Virus record (IMG/VR): IMGVR_UViG_3300042691_041259
Location: 96,001 to 160,000 of that record
Strand: one strand, 5' to 3'
DNA: 64,000 bases
DNA from: a virus
Taxonomy: Duplodnaviria > Caudoviricetes
The position numbers and the translations under genes are program-made. Each line of letters opens with the position of its first letter. The first letter of the stretch is position 1. Shown here piece after piece: positions 16,832 through 29,400 of the stretch. Below the pieces are notes generated by a model. The model did not search any database. It was not told where the DNA came from and worked only from the letters and a program-made list of their open reading frames with translations.

Positions 16832-19800
16832 TAGAAACTTGATCTTGCGTATGATTTTCTGTACTGAACAATATTTTGACCACGTAAAGTAATACTTCCA
16901 AAAGGAGCATACGGATACACAAACTCTTGTCCATTATCTAGAGTGGTAGCATTTGTGTTAAACCAAAATCGGGTTTCTGCATTTATTTTATTTTCTATCA
17001 AAGTTTGATAAGCCCCATTAGTCAAGTCAAATACGTCTAGGGTTATATCTCTGTCCCAATCTGACCATTTATATTCGGAATCTGCAGGAACAGGTCTTCC
17101 ACCTGCTCCATTATTACCCGCAACATACTGGTCCCAATCGCCACTCGACGAGCTTATTGGATTCCTTTTTGCTCCTGATAGAAAAATAGGTTTATCGAAC
17201 ATGATTTCGATAGCTATAGAATTAAATTGTTGACCGCTTGAAACTGTTGAACCTATTTCGTCGGCATATTGCGGAGTTATTCTCCACTGAAAATTAACAT
17301 TTCTATTCCAGGCGTCTTCTCCAAAAGATCTCCAGACTATTGCATCAAAATATTGAGGTACTGTTACAAGAACAGTATGAGCATCAAACGCTGGATCAAT
17401 TGTACCCACGTATTGAAGCCAGTTTTTCATTAAGAATTTATAGCCATTTACATTTGCTAAGCTTTTCTTGAAATATTGATCGTAAACAAGACCAATTCTT
17501 GTATCAGGGAAATACGTCCCTGGAGCAGAGGCCGCAGTCTGCCACGGGTTTGCTCCAAAAAGACCCACTTTAGCTGAACCAGCGTCTTGCGAATCCGGAT
17601 CAACGCCGTCAGGAAACGCATTGGGAGTAACTGCCATAGCTACGTTCCAATCTTGAATTTGTTGGGTCCATTCTGCCATGCTAAAAGGCCTTAATAATGG
17701 ATCAGCTTGATATGTGCTCCAGTACCAATCAGTAAATCTGCCCGTCCATGTTTTTGAAACTAATGGAATGGCATCTTTATTATAGATAACATTACTGCCT
17801 TCTCCGGATCGATTGTACGGAGACCCGTCCCAATTGGGTGTGCTATACGCAGTTCCGATAACATTATTGTTATCCCAATGGTTTCTTTCTGAATACGGAA
17901 GAGGATCTCCCGCGTCGCTCAGATAATCCGATCCCACAACGGCAGTTCCCGGGTACCATGCTCTAAATTCAGACCAGTTACCGAAATTGGCTCCGCCACC
18001 AAATTGTCTTTCATAAAAATATGGATCTATTTGGTTAGGCAATCCGTCAAAATCATTGTCCAATGATATATCGTAAGTAAATCGAATATACTGCACCCAT
18101 CGTGCATCAATCCCAATCCAATTTCCACCAACGACTTGATCGCCGTCTCCATCGGGATTAAATGCTTGTAAGGCTTGACCGTAAGTACCCGCGGCGTAAG
18201 GACTATGTACATAGTATTCATAGTTGCTGCCAGCGCCATCAGTGCCTATGATTCCGGAGAGCGGAAGAGTCTCCGCGCCATTATTGAATGTAACAGTTCG
18301 AGGCTCGAGAGTTATATTGAAATCAAAGAGAACGTAATTCTCATTAAGTCTTCTATATCTTATTCCGCTTGACCAGTTTGTATTGATAAAATCTTCATTA
18401 AACTGTGTTCCGTTTTCATTAACAAAGTTTGATATGTCATCTCCATTGTAACTTTTAATTCCCCAATACAAATCAAGGTCTCGCGTAACCTCCGCCCATA
18501 CGCTTTGTGTTGGGTCAAGCGGGTTAATTCCATAAATTCCGCTTTCAATACCCCATTGATGAGGATACACAGGACTTCCTGGAAGCTTTACATATTGAAT
18601 TGGCAGCATTTCGTACGAAAACTGATCTGCCGTATTTTGTTGATTAAATCGATACACGCCTGCAGTTGCTTGGGAAAACAAACCTACTTTTTGAACTTCG
18701 TATGCAGTGACTCGATCAACACGCAGTCTTTGAGGATTGCCACCGCTAGGAGTAGGATATAAATTTGCAAGACCTGGCTGGTCCTGTTCACGGTTACCCA
18801 TGTGATCGGTAACTACCAAGAATGTTCCTCCAGTATTGTCTGCTTTTGGTATGGTATAAGTTCTTAAAGAAGCGTCAGTTTGCGCAGAATCAATAACAGT
18901 AGTGACTTTCATTAGAGGAGCAAGCCCTGCGTTAATCAGGTTTGTAATCTCTCCGGAAGTTAGTCCTGAAGCAGCGCTTTCCATTGTCATGTAGTCCGGC
19001 GCACCAAAAGTTAAAAGTAGTTTTGGTGAAGCAGTACGAGCTGTATAAATTTCTTGAGTTGCTGCAGAAGATGCATCCACCACAGTGGTTATATCTGTTG
19101 AATCCCCATTGCTTCTTATGAATTCATAGCCATCTCCAAGAACAAAGTTATTAAGTCGAACTACTGCGCTGCTAAGAGGTTCTCTTCTAAAAGTTGCTGT
19201 TGCAATAGTAGTTCCTGCATTGTAAATCAAAGAGCCAAGTATTGCTGCTGAAGCGGATGTAGGAATCCATATTTCAGCAAATGGATCAAGAACGCTGCCA
19301 TTTACTTCGCGAGTGTAACTAAATGTACCATTTGCCCAAAAATACGGATAGCCATTTGTAAGCGTATTGTATGACGGTTGATATAAACCAGTTGAACTAA
19401 ATTCCGTAGGATGCGGCAAAGTAACCTTTGGGCAATATTGTAATATGTCATCTCCATCTGTCCAGCCTCCTAGGAAATTAGCCGTGTAACTCATTATTCT
19501 ACCCAAGTTATCAAAGGTAAACGTGTGTACTGCCAACGACCAAAGAGCTTCAGTAGGAGTTCCGTCTATTCCAAAATAACGTTTTGCCCATGTAGCATTT
19601 GCATCATCGGTAATTGTAATAACACCACCCGTTCCAGAAGGTGTGCCTCCAGTACTAAGAAAAAATCCAGGATAACCATATCCTCTGCTTTCTATATGGT
19701 GGCCAATTCTAGACTGCGCTTTTTCTGCCGCAACCTCCAATCGAATGTTTTCAGAAAGAGTAGCTTGCGAATTGATCTGCGCTATTTGTCGAGGAGTCGC

Positions 19801-22800
19801 ATATGTTGGACCATAAGAAGCGTTTGCGTATCCGTAATAATCGGTTGTTCCTGGAACCCACACGCCTGATGGATTTGAAGAATATGACAGAGGCCCAGTT
19901 GCTGTCGGATTTTCTCCAGAAACTGCTGGATATGCATTTCCTAAGTAGTTAATATATCCTGTTGTTGGATCTCTATACAGCGCTGGGTATGCATTTTCAT
20001 CTAAACCGGGCGCATTTCCAATACCAATGTTTCCATCAGAATCAAATAGGATCTTTATGCTATTTACAATTTCACGTTGACCAATCCCCTGTTGTTCCCA
20101 TCGAGCATAATCAGATCCTCCGTCCCTGCCAGCTGCAATAAATGCAAAGCCAAGACGTCCTTCATCATCTGCCAATATGGCAGCGCCTCCATTTGCATCA
20201 TACGGTCTATTGTAAAGACCATCAATATTTACATCTCCGGTAGAATCAGGAAGACCTTGAGCACCGGTTCTCCAAACTGACGCGTATTGATCGTTTGCAA
20301 CCCCATCCACTCCTATGTTATCCAAACCCGCGTCCTGCCCTGCAGAATCGCCCTTTCCAAGAAGGTCTCGATAGAGATTAAAGCCAATATACTTATTAGG
20401 ATTAAAGTACGCGTTATACGCGCCTCCGTGAACCGCAGCAATTGCGTTAGATGTTGTTCCAGGTGTGTTTATAGCAAGCGCTAGATTAGAACCATTTGTG
20501 GTTGGATTAAAAGTTGCAAGTGTTGGCCCAGATGCGCTTGCTGCTTCTCGTGTTGGATAGTTCTTTACGTTTGCCGACCATGGAGTATAGGCCACTGCAG
20601 GAGATGAAAGTGTCACACCGTAATCGTATGCATAATCAAAAATTGCTGCATTGTATTTGTAAGCTTCACCTATGTAATCTATTGAAATTTGGAAATTGCT
20701 AGGCAGCGGGTAGTCTTCACCTACTGCAGGCAGAGCATTTAATCCGTCAACAGTACCTGGAGTAGCTGCTTCATCAAACATAAATGCCTTGTATCCATTT
20801 TTTCCAAAGAAATGGGATCGAGTTCTTGGATACAGAGTATGCATTCCAATCCCTGATAATGCGGCATAACCTACGTATTTGTCTGTTGTTTGATCAACCG
20901 AAAGAGGTGAAATGGATAATGAAAATTCAATTGACTGATAGTTTGCATCCACACCAATTTCTTGTGGCGGATTAGCAGCTCCTGAAACGCTACCGCCTCC
21001 CACTGGAGACGCCCCAAGACGAAGAGCTCCTTTGTGCAGCCAACCTCCATTTCTAGAAGGATTGTAATGATCTACCGGAGTACCAAATCTTCCTCCAAAA
21101 TTTTCTAAATAGCCATTAGCAAAAGTAGGAGTTCGTGAGTCTGATCTATAAACCAGCGCCTCATATCTTATTGCTGCTGCTGATTTTACGCTTGTAGTGA
21201 TACCGATGACTTGCGGTTCTGAAGCTGGCGGATTGACAGCTCCAAAGAGCACGTCATTAAACACACCGCCGTTGTACCAATCACTAAAAGTATTAGGGGC
21301 CGTTTGATACAGTGGGTTATCAGAGTATGGGCCGGTTGCATTAGAATCGTATATCAGTCCAGGCTGTGCTCTTTCAATTGTAAATGCAGCAGCCTTCATT
21401 CTTCTACGTGGAAGCCAAGTAGTGTATGATAACCAAGATTTATCTTCATCGGTATATGGTCCCGATTCAAGAGCCTCCACATAATTAGTGATAGTTTCTT
21501 GAGCTTCATTTTCTGGTCTCCAGTCGGCGTGAACGTGCAACCTTGCACTTGGTTCAAATACTCCAACCCTATCCATAGTAACGGTTCCAATACCGGTATT
21601 TCTCAAAGGCGAAAAATACGCAATAGGCAAACTCTGTAAGATGTTGTTATCAGCTGCCGTATCATAATTGGTAGGGCCGGTTGGCATATTTGAAGTGTAG
21701 ATAAGTACGCCATCGGTGGAAACGCTTGCAGGTATTACGCCAGCTCCAGCCTTTCCTCGAACCATTACCCCGGCAGAACGAACAAGTTCTTGCGTAGATG
21801 TAACATCTGCGTCAGACGCGTCAGGCAATTCAGCGTATATAGAAGTTCCATACCATGATTGACGGTTATTGTATACCCAATTGTCGTAGCCGGTATAAGT
21901 TTGCTGGTTTCCTGAGATTGCACCGTCAATCATCATCTGCCCAGTAAACATTGAATGGTAGCCTTGATATACCTTCCATGCGTAATCAGTATTCCACTCC
22001 ATAATAGTGGTTCCGGTTCGCAAATCAAATGGCGCGTACGCAGCAACTGTTGGATCGTTTTCAAGAGATGTAAACGATTCAGTGTCTTGCGGCATCATAT
22101 TCATAAATTGGTTTGATGTCATAAACCTTCTAACATCAAACAGCATCTCACCAGTATTTGTGGATCCTGTTAAATTTCCACCAAGATTAAAAAAGTCATC
22201 TATTCCATCACGAGTGGTAAAATTATGAATCTTTATGCTACCTGCTGTACCATCTGCTGGAGAAAGTTGATAGTAACCTAAAGTGGTACTTGAATCTACA
22301 GCGGTTCCTGTATAGCCTCTGTTAGTAAAAAATACAATTGGCGAGTATGCGTCAATTGAAACATTATAAAGAGGCTGTACAAATAAATTTTGATTTGCTC
22401 CAGGGCTTAGAGGAGACGGACCGCTGAGCGGCACCGGGTTTCCACCTACCGTATACGGTGCATAAATTATATCTCCCGAGTCAGTGGTTCTAAATCCACG
22501 CGCTTTCATATTGTCAAAATAGCGCGGACCATCAATGCTCATCTTAAACAGGGAGCGGTCTATACCCGAGTTTAATCTTGGGCTATTAAGATAGTCCCAG
22601 TCGTAAATTAGGCCAGTTTCGTTATCCGAAGTGGATCCGCCGTCTTCGTCATATGAAGTTATCCACACTGTTCCAAATTTGGAAGACATGCGTGCATTTG
22701 GAATATCAAAAGGTGCTTGCGTTAGCGGATCTGGCGGGCCAGGAGGGCTATTATATGCGCTTGACGCAATTAAACCCAGATAGTTTGTTCGATCTGATAC

Positions 22801-23394
22801 CCATACTCCAGCAGCGGCAGCAATAATTGCCGAAGTGTTAAGCGGGTACCAATACCAGTCAGGTCCTGTCCACGATCCGCCATCAACATCTAAATAATAC
22901 GGAGATTCTACGTAGTATTCAGATGGTTGGCCATCAATTGCTGTAGCCGATCCGCCTTCTGCTAACGGTGTAGGATCGGGAATATCCAAATACTTCCACC
23001 ATCCAAGCTGATTGTTATCAAAATAGAGCTGACCGTGAACTACTGGAAGCGATGTTGGTCCAGTTCCCCAAGGACCCCATGCATTAGGACCCGTAGTCAG
23101 AAATTCATAAGATCTGTCATTATACGCTGGCGGCGGGAAGAGTACACTGCCTGATGGTGTCACCAAGCTACCGGTGGTACTAAAAGGTATAATCTGTGTG
23201 GAAGGACCAGTAGCGCCAATCGGTCCAGAAGGACCTGTTGCGCCCTGTTTACCAGGAAGCCCGGGAATTCCCTGTTCTCCGCGAACTCCTTGTGGACCTC
23301 CGTTTGACAATGAAATTGTTTGAAAATTTGCATTGAGTTTTGCAACCAGCGTTGATATACTATCGCTGTCGAGTATGTTTTGAAGTGTCAGCAT
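16831..23394 (-). CDS. Giant tail fibre or receptor-binding protein with a collagen-like segment
   Basis: 2187 aa; 11 Gly-X-Y triplets at aa 33-65; G/T/S/Y-rich; GNIGIG-type beta motifs; N-terminal anchor-like segment. Confidence 0.65.
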   Translation of the reverse strand: MLTLQNILDSDSISTLVAKLNANFQTISLSNGGPQGVRGEQGIPGLPGKQGATGPSGPIGATGPSTQIIPFSTTGSLVTPSGSVLFPPPAYNDRSYEFLTTGPNAWGPWGTGPTSLPVVHGQLYFDNNQLGWWKYLDIPDPTPLAEGGSATAIDGQPSEYYVESPYYLDVDGGSWTGPDWYWYPLNTSAIIAAAAGVWVSDRTNYLGLIASSAYNSPPGPPDPLTQAPFDIPNARMSSKFGTVWITSYDEDGGSTSDNETGLIYDWDYLNSPRLNSGIDRSLFKMSIDGPRYFDNMKARGFRTTDSGDIIYAPYTVGGNPVPLSGPSPLSPGANQNLFVQPLYNVSIDAYSPIVFFTNRGYTGTAVDSSTTLGYYQLSPADGTAGSIKIHNFTTRDGIDDFFNLGGNLTGSTNTGEMLFDVRRFMTSNQFMNMMPQDTESFTSLENDPTVAAYAPFDLRTGTTIMEWNTDYAWKVYQGYHSMFTGQMMIDGAISGNQQTYTGYDNWVYNNRQSWYGTSIYAELPDASDADVTSTQELVRSAGVMVRGKAGAGVIPASVSTDGVLIYTSNMPTGPTNYDTAADNNILQSLPIAYFSPLRNTGIGTVTMDRVGVFEPSARLHVHADWRPENEAQETITNYVEALESGPYTDEDKSWLSYTTWLPRRRMKAAAFTIERAQPGLIYDSNATGPYSDNPLYQTAPNTFSDWYNGGVFNDVLFGAVNPPASEPQVIGITTSVKSAAAIRYEALVYRSDSRTPTFANGYLENFGGRFGTPVDHYNPSRNGGWLHKGALRLGASPVGGGSVSGAANPPQEIGVDANYQSIEFSLSISPLSVDQTTDKYVGYAALSGIGMHTLYPRTRSHFFGKNGYKAFMFDEAATPGTVDGLNALPAVGEDYPLPSNFQISIDYIGEAYKYNAAIFDYAYDYGVTLSSPAVAYTPWSANVKNYPTREAASASGPTLATFNPTTNGSNLALAINTPGTTSNAIAAVHGGAYNAYFNPNKYIGFNLYRDLLGKGDSAGQDAGLDNIGVDGVANDQYASVWRTGAQGLPDSTGDVNIDGLYNRPYDANGGAAILADDEGRLGFAFIAAGRDGGSDYARWEQQGIGQREIVNSIKILFDSDGNIGIGNAPGLDENAYPALYRDPTTGYINYLGNAYPAVSGENPTATGPLSYSSNPSGVWVPGTTDYYGYANASYGPTYATPRQIAQINSQATLSENIRLEVAAEKAQSRIGHHIESRGYGYPGFFLSTGGTPSGTGGVITITDDANATWAKRYFGIDGTPTEALWSLAVHTFTFDNLGRIMSYTANFLGGWTDGDDILQYCPKVTLPHPTEFSSTGLYQPSYNTLTNGYPYFWANGTFSYTREVNGSVLDPFAEIWIPTSASAAILGSLIYNAGTTIATATFRREPLSSAVVRLNNFVLGDGYEFIRSNGDSTDITTVVDASSAATQEIYTARTASPKLLLTFGAPDYMTMESAASGLTSGEITNLINAGLAPLMKVTTVIDSAQTDASLRTYTIPKADNTGGTFLVVTDHMGNREQDQPGLANLYPTPSGGNPQRLRVDRVTAYEVQKVGLFSQATAGVYRFNQQNTADQFSYEMLPIQYVKLPGSPVYPHQWGIESGIYGINPLDPTQSVWAEVTRDLDLYWGIKSYNGDDISNFVNENGTQFNEDFINTNWSSGIRYRRLNENYVLFDFNITLEPRTVTFNNGAETLPLSGIIGTDGAGSNYEYYVHSPYAAGTYGQALQAFNPDGDGDQVVGGNWIGIDARWVQYIRFTYDISLDNDFDGLPNQIDPYFYERQFGGGANFGNWSEFRAWYPGTAVVGSDYLSDAGDPLPYSERNHWDNNNVIGTAYSTPNWDGSPYNRSGEGSNVIYNKDAIPLVSKTWTGRFTDWYWSTYQADPLLRPFSMAEWTQQIQDWNVAMAVTPNAFPDGVDPDSQDAGSAKVGLFGANPWQTAASAPGTYFPDTRIGLVYDQYFKKSLANVNGYKFLMKNWLQYVGTIDPAFDAHTVLVTVPQYFDAIVWRSFGEDAWNRNVNFQWRITPQYADEIGSTVSSGQQFNSIAIEIMFDKPIFLSGAKRNPISSSSGDWDQYVAGNNGAGGRPVPADSEYKWSDWDRDITLDVFDLTNGAYQTLIENKINAETRFWFNTNATTLDNGQEFVYPYAPFGSITLRGQNIVQYRKSYARSSF
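23200..23298 (-). repeat. Collagen-like (Gly-X-Y)11 coding repeat
   Basis: GPQGVRGEQGIPGLPGKQGATGPSGPIGATGPS. Confidence 0.9.
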
Positions 23395-23418
23395 CTATGA
23401 TTTTCTATATTACTTTTT

Positions 23419-23427
23419 CTATATATT
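23419..23427 (-). promoter_or_regulatory. Putative late promoter variant AATATATAG
   Basis: About 25 nt upstream of the tail fibre start; one mismatch to GATATATAG. Confidence 0.4.
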
Positions 23428-26400
23428 TAGATCCTTTTAAGTACCGCGCTTATGGAATACGCATTAGCAGCTTTTGTATCTAGCGTTTTTTCCAAAGAAT
23501 AAACAAAGCTACTCTGTGAAGTATTTTTGAAATTACTATCTGTACGATATCCGGCAGCCAGTTTGTCCGCTTCTGTGAGTTCCAACTCCAACACGGGAAG
23601 ACCTTCTCCATTATTTGCGTATAAAAGTATCTGTGTTACTTCATACAGTGGAATGATATTCTTTTCAATATACTCAGACTTTAGTACATCAAGCTCTGCT
23701 TGCGTGTATGTAATATCTGAAATTCCAAGAGAATTAAACCATGCAAATTCATCAAAACTTCCTGACGCAAGAATTCCCTCAAGCAATGCGCGTTTTAATC
23801 GTGTTCTCAAGTCTAAGCGTATCTGTAACAGTGGGAATGTTTGAAGCGAATTATTTTCTACTGTATTTGGAGAAGCTATTGTGGTAACTCCAATAGATTT
23901 TTTAGGTTGTATTACCTCAAAATTAACTTCACCTTCTATAAAAGTTTGAAACTCAAATGTCTTTGGCACCGCCATTGCTTTACTTGCTAAAAACACTTTA
24001 GTCTCTAACATTTCTTGTGTTCCTGAAAGATCCGCATAACTAGTGGTAGTCCTATACTTTCTATAGAAAGAGGCATCCCACGAGCTATCCAATGCAGAAA
24101 GATTTCTCTTATCAATGGAAACTTCTCCTATTAGCGGATACAAACTTTTGTAAGCCGATGTTCTTGAAATTCGTAAAACTTCTTCGTCAGAAACTTTATT
24201 GTAAAAGTAGTTTCTCATAAGTCCGGCTACCGAGGATACACTATTGATATGCGTATTCTTCAAAACGTAATCAGTCTCAAAGTGACGTGTAAAGCTTTCA
24301 TCCTCTCGTGCCCAGAAGCTTATGACTTCATTAGTCTTTGGTTCGTATAATCCTCTGTGTCTAAATTCAAATTCCTGTTCTTTTGTTTTTGTTAAATCAT
24401 AGCCAATAAACTCTGTATTTTCATATTCCAATGGTTTATCCAGGTCATCGCTATAGAAGTATCTACTTAATTTTTTAATTTTATCAAATTCTACAAATTG
24501 CAATGAAAAATCAGGGTTTGATTGTATAACAGAACCTGTTGTTGTTATTTTCCTATGCAAAATGTAATTTGATTGTTGGTTAAACATTTTTGAAATTGAT
24601 GCAAAAGATATAAAGTTTTTCCGATACTGATAAAAAAGTGAGCCACCTCTCAGATTAAAAGTTTGGTATGTATTATATGTAGTATTGATGACAAAGTTTT
24701 GCGAAGCTGAAACATAAGGATACGGAGGATAGCTTGGAAGATTTGATGGTAGCGTTACAAAACCAACATTGGTACTTGTAGTGGCTCTTACATTTATATC
24801 TGTAATATCAGAAACTCTGAAAGATCTATATCTTTCAGGAGTACTAAACGCCAAATAGTCAAGTTTTATATCATCAGCAGCTGCGCGAGAATCATAAACA
24901 ACTATTGAGCTTCTACCATTATTAAATGTATTTTTGCTCGCTACTCCAATCTCACTAAGAAATCCGTCCACCGTCATGGAAGATGCATCATAAGAAAAAT
25001 CCTCTAAATTAGGGGAAGACGTAAAAAACGGAATACCATATCCTATTAGGAATGAGTATGTAGCGCCTACTCCTGTAGAAGTTGCAGCCGTGCTAAGAGT
25101 AATTGTTGACGTGGTTTTAGCAGTTATAGTAGTGCCTGTTGGTATTCCACTTCCATAAACCAAAGCCCCTATATATGCATTATTAGGGGATGATACTCCT
25201 GTTAAAAGATTGGAACCGGTAGTTCTGTTTGCGGTAAACGTATTGTTGAACTCGTCGTTCCATCCACCTAAATAGTAGTCAATTGAGGTTCTATAATTGT
25301 CAAGCGTAGGAAATACCTCTTGATAGACTGGGTAGTAGTTTATGGAAGTGTCTGCAAAAGGATACGCAGAAGTGCCGTCTGTAGTAGTCAGCGGCTGAAA
25401 TATGATTTTGGTAATTAGGCTTGCTGGATCTTCAAATCCTCCAACCCATGCCTTTCCACCAAGTTTTGTATCATCCAACTCTAGTCGCCCGCCTCCTAAA
25501 AGCAGTTGTCGAGGCCGCATGATATTAAATGCTTTAGGGATGTCTTCTGCGTAATAACTCCAAGGAGCAACACCACTATTATTGTAAAAATAATTTGATG
25601 TTACTAAATATCCAGGAGAGCGCGTTGGCTGGGTTGTATAAGGAACTTCCATTGGATACTTATTGTCAACCGCTTCAGGGCCTACGTTATCATAAACCGG
25701 TCTAAAGAACTCACTAAAGGCTCCATATCCACCAATTGATTGCGTTTGCATTGAATTACGAAGCTGATCAATTGCGTAATAGAAAAATGAATAGTCTCCA
25801 AGACCAGCTTGCAATCTGTAGTCCTGTACGTGTATTGTAACTATGATTAAAATAGTCTTAAACAATTGGTTATCAATCACCTCAATATCGATAGGCTTCT
25901 CTTCTTCAAAATTGCCATGAGTAACGAATCTTGCAATGGAAGCAAATTTATAGAGATCAAATCTTTTAGATTCGTTAATCGGTGTTTTTGGAGTAACTGT
26001 AGTATCATAGTCAACCACATTGATCTTGGCACCTCTGAAAAGAGTCTGTGACAGGTCTAATCCGTTTATGTATTTGAAGAACGTGTATCGCTCTTCTCGG
26101 TTCTTTGGAACTTCTAATTTTTCCTGTGATATTTCATTTGGATAGCCTACAACAAAGTATTTCGTAAACCAGTCCTTAGTGTTATCAGTTGTTAAAAGCT
26201 CATACCAACTTTTATCCTGGTAAGCAATATCACTTAACTTCTGAAAGAAATAAGAACGTGATCCTTCAAGAGTTTCTTCAGGAAAATCTTTAGGGACGTT
26301 ATCCAGGTAAGGAAATTCATGAGTTAACAAAAGAGGCTCTGTAAAGTCGACTTCAGGATCTGGAGAAAAGTTTGTAATACCAAAAGCTGAAGAATTGTTA

Positions 26401-29400
26401 AGTCTATAATAGTTATCACGGGCATCTGTTCCTTCCTGCACCCATTTAAGTATGCTTGGCACTACCTTAGATTTTACAGCCAGATCTTTTTGCTGGTTTT
26501 CACGAAGTCTGTCATATTCAGAAAGCAACATTTGATATGTAAACTTTTCAAAGGACTGGTCATCGGAAAATCTTCCAATTGTTTCCAAGTCGTCGGCTGT
26601 TAAAAAGTCGGTCAAACTAGAAAATCCAGCAAATCTAGTAATGTTTGTATCTTTGTAATAGTTAGAGCCTTGTACCCGTATTTTGTACTTAATTGCCGTT
26701 GTGGGATCATCACTAGTATTATAGTCGCCCCATACATTTATTGCTGAAATACGTGCTTTGGTAAAAAAGCTCTCGTTGGTTCCATCCGTGTGTAAGAGTT
26801 TTCTTACAAAATTACGTGTACCTACTGCTGTATATTGTGGGCCTTTATTATCTTGTCCTGGATTTGCTCCTTGCGGATTCGCCGCATTAAACGGTCCTAA
26901 CGGTGGAGTCGCATCCCCTAAATAATCATTTGGAATTTCTAATACATCGTAAAAATAAGGTGGATATGTTGTATTCATCATTAATGTCTGCAAGCTTTTT
27001 GCTTGCTCGACATTATTTGCAATAGGAGTGGATCCGGCAAGCGGATCAATGTGAAGTATTGATACCGTTCGATCTACAAATTTCCATTTTTTATCATTAT
27101 TGTCAAAGAATTCAATATCCAATTCCAAATTGATAGTATCCAATGGAGAGCCTGTGTAATCTTCTACTATGATAGAAACATCATAATTTTCTCCCATATT
27201 AAGATTGATAGGATCTGTAAAATTTAAAGTTCCTGCCGAAAGAGCTGCTGTAAGAGAAGACGCAAGAGCGGGCTTACTTATTTTAATAGACCCAAGCGCT
27301 GGTAAAACAGCTGGAGTTACTTCTATGATTGTAGTATCTGCTTGTATATACGGTCCGCCAACTGCAAAAGTTGAATCTCTTAAAGGCATTCCTACAAAAA
27401 GATCATTTGGAAACGTAATATTGTTTATGATATCTGAACCGTTAGTCACATTACCAACAAAAGGAACAAACACAGAGCCTACCTCTTCACGATTAAAATA
27501 CCGTAGCAACTCTATAGTTGGTGCATAAGAGTACTCGGAGAAGTACGTATCCACATCAAATGTTTTGATTGGGAGAAGCGAAAATATACCAAAAGTTGGT
27601 CGATAGACTTGGTATGCCACTACTTTTTTATCCAATGTGTAGTAAAACTCATCTCGATCTTTGTCAATTTGGATGATTGAATAAATGTTATAGTCTGAAA
27701 AGTCAGAATTTTCCAAATACGGCAAAGAATATACATATTTTCCTTGCACATCCCAGCCTCTCAGTCTCGAGTAATTTCCTTTTTGCACCTGGAACCACTG
27801 TTGATAGACTTCTTTATCATTTGTTATTGATATTTCCCCCGCTTTAAAGGATACACTGGAAGCGGTTTCAGTTGCATTTTTGCTAATCACAACCGTTGAG
27901 GTATTTTCTCGAAGCTCTAAAATTACAGAGCCGACAGAAATTCCGGATCCACTAATAGGAGCCCCTACATATAGACTGTTAGGAAACGTTACAGATGTTA
28001 TTTGATCAGAAGCCAAAGCAATTGAACCGATAAAATTTGTATTTCGATCCGAATAGTATCTCTTGCCATCTTCAAAAGAAATTGCTGCTCGCGCTCTATT
28101 TCTTCTAACTCCACCAACAAAATACTGGCTGAGATGATCAGTGCCCCACTCAAAATGAATTAAAGCTGAAAAATTACCAGTTCCTGCTAGATCTATGCTA
28201 AATTCATCTATTTTAAGAACTGTAGAATCTGCAGGTGATATGTAAGTTGTGGAAGTTCCAGTCACATACGGATTATACGGATCAACGCCTTTTCTAATGT
28301 TAACCGACCATTGATCTGGAGTTGTAGAAATCTGTGTAGATGAGATAAAATAGTCAGAAACCGTATAAACTGGGGTGTACTCTTTCATTTGGAAAGAGAG
28401 TTCCGGAACGCTTGCGGTGGTTATTGCCAAATCAATATCGGCAGAAAGCGCAGCGCCTCCAATTAAATCTTTATCAATTGTTACTGTATCGGTATCTGAA
28501 TAACCGAATCCTCCATACGCAATAGTTACCGAGCTAATTGATCCTGTTCCATCTACAACAATATCAAAATTGGCAGCAACGCCACCTATAGGCGAAACAC
28601 TTGATGGTACATCATAATAAGAGCCCGTTGTATAACCGTTTGCTGTTGAAGTAATTCCAGTAATGCTATCAATTCTGCCTGTCAGTACATCTGCTGTAAA
28701 GCTTCCACGATTAGCGTTTCCTTTCTCGTAAAAGCCAGTGTTTCTTGGAACACTGATATTTTCTTTAAGCCGTCTTTTAATAGTGATTTTGTTTCCGTTC
28801 TCAAAATTCTCAAGAGATTTTATGTAAACGGAATCTCCTAGCGATTCTGCCTTTACAATGCAGTATTCAAAGGAATTGATACACTGTGCAATTGCTTGCG
28901 CAACCTGTGCTGGTGTACCTCTATTTGAAAATGTATTCTTATAGTCTCGCGTTTGTGGGTCATATACAGGATAGTCCCAGCCTTCTCCTGGAGAAAGGCC
29001 TACGGGATTTGCTTCAAGAATCCATTTGTATTGAAGATACTCCGTTTCACCATAGCACTCCAAATCTGTATTTAATCCGACAACACGATTTTGTGAAACA
29101 ATGTTTCCATTTTGCACACGAACCTCAAAAGAGTCTCCTACAGTAGGAGACCCTAGAAATTTGACAACCAAATAACTATCCACCCATGATGGTGAATTTG
29201 TTCCAGTAAACCCGGTAGTAAGATAGTCTTCTGGTAGAGATCCAAATACGCCAGTATCATTTTTCTGAACATCGTATTCTATATCGCCTCCTGGCGTGTT
29301 GATGATAGTAATTCTATAGTAATAGTCTCTCTGCTCCGAGCTGAGTTTTTCCAAAGAAATTTCAAAAGTTTCGTAATCGGCTATTGGCGTTTCATTTTTT

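Noticed and set aside
16831-23394. Diversity-generating retroelement target or template repeat in the tail fibre
   Set aside because: No reverse transcriptase in the window and no near-identical repeat pair differing at adenines noticed; a computational repeat scan would be needed to exclude it fully.
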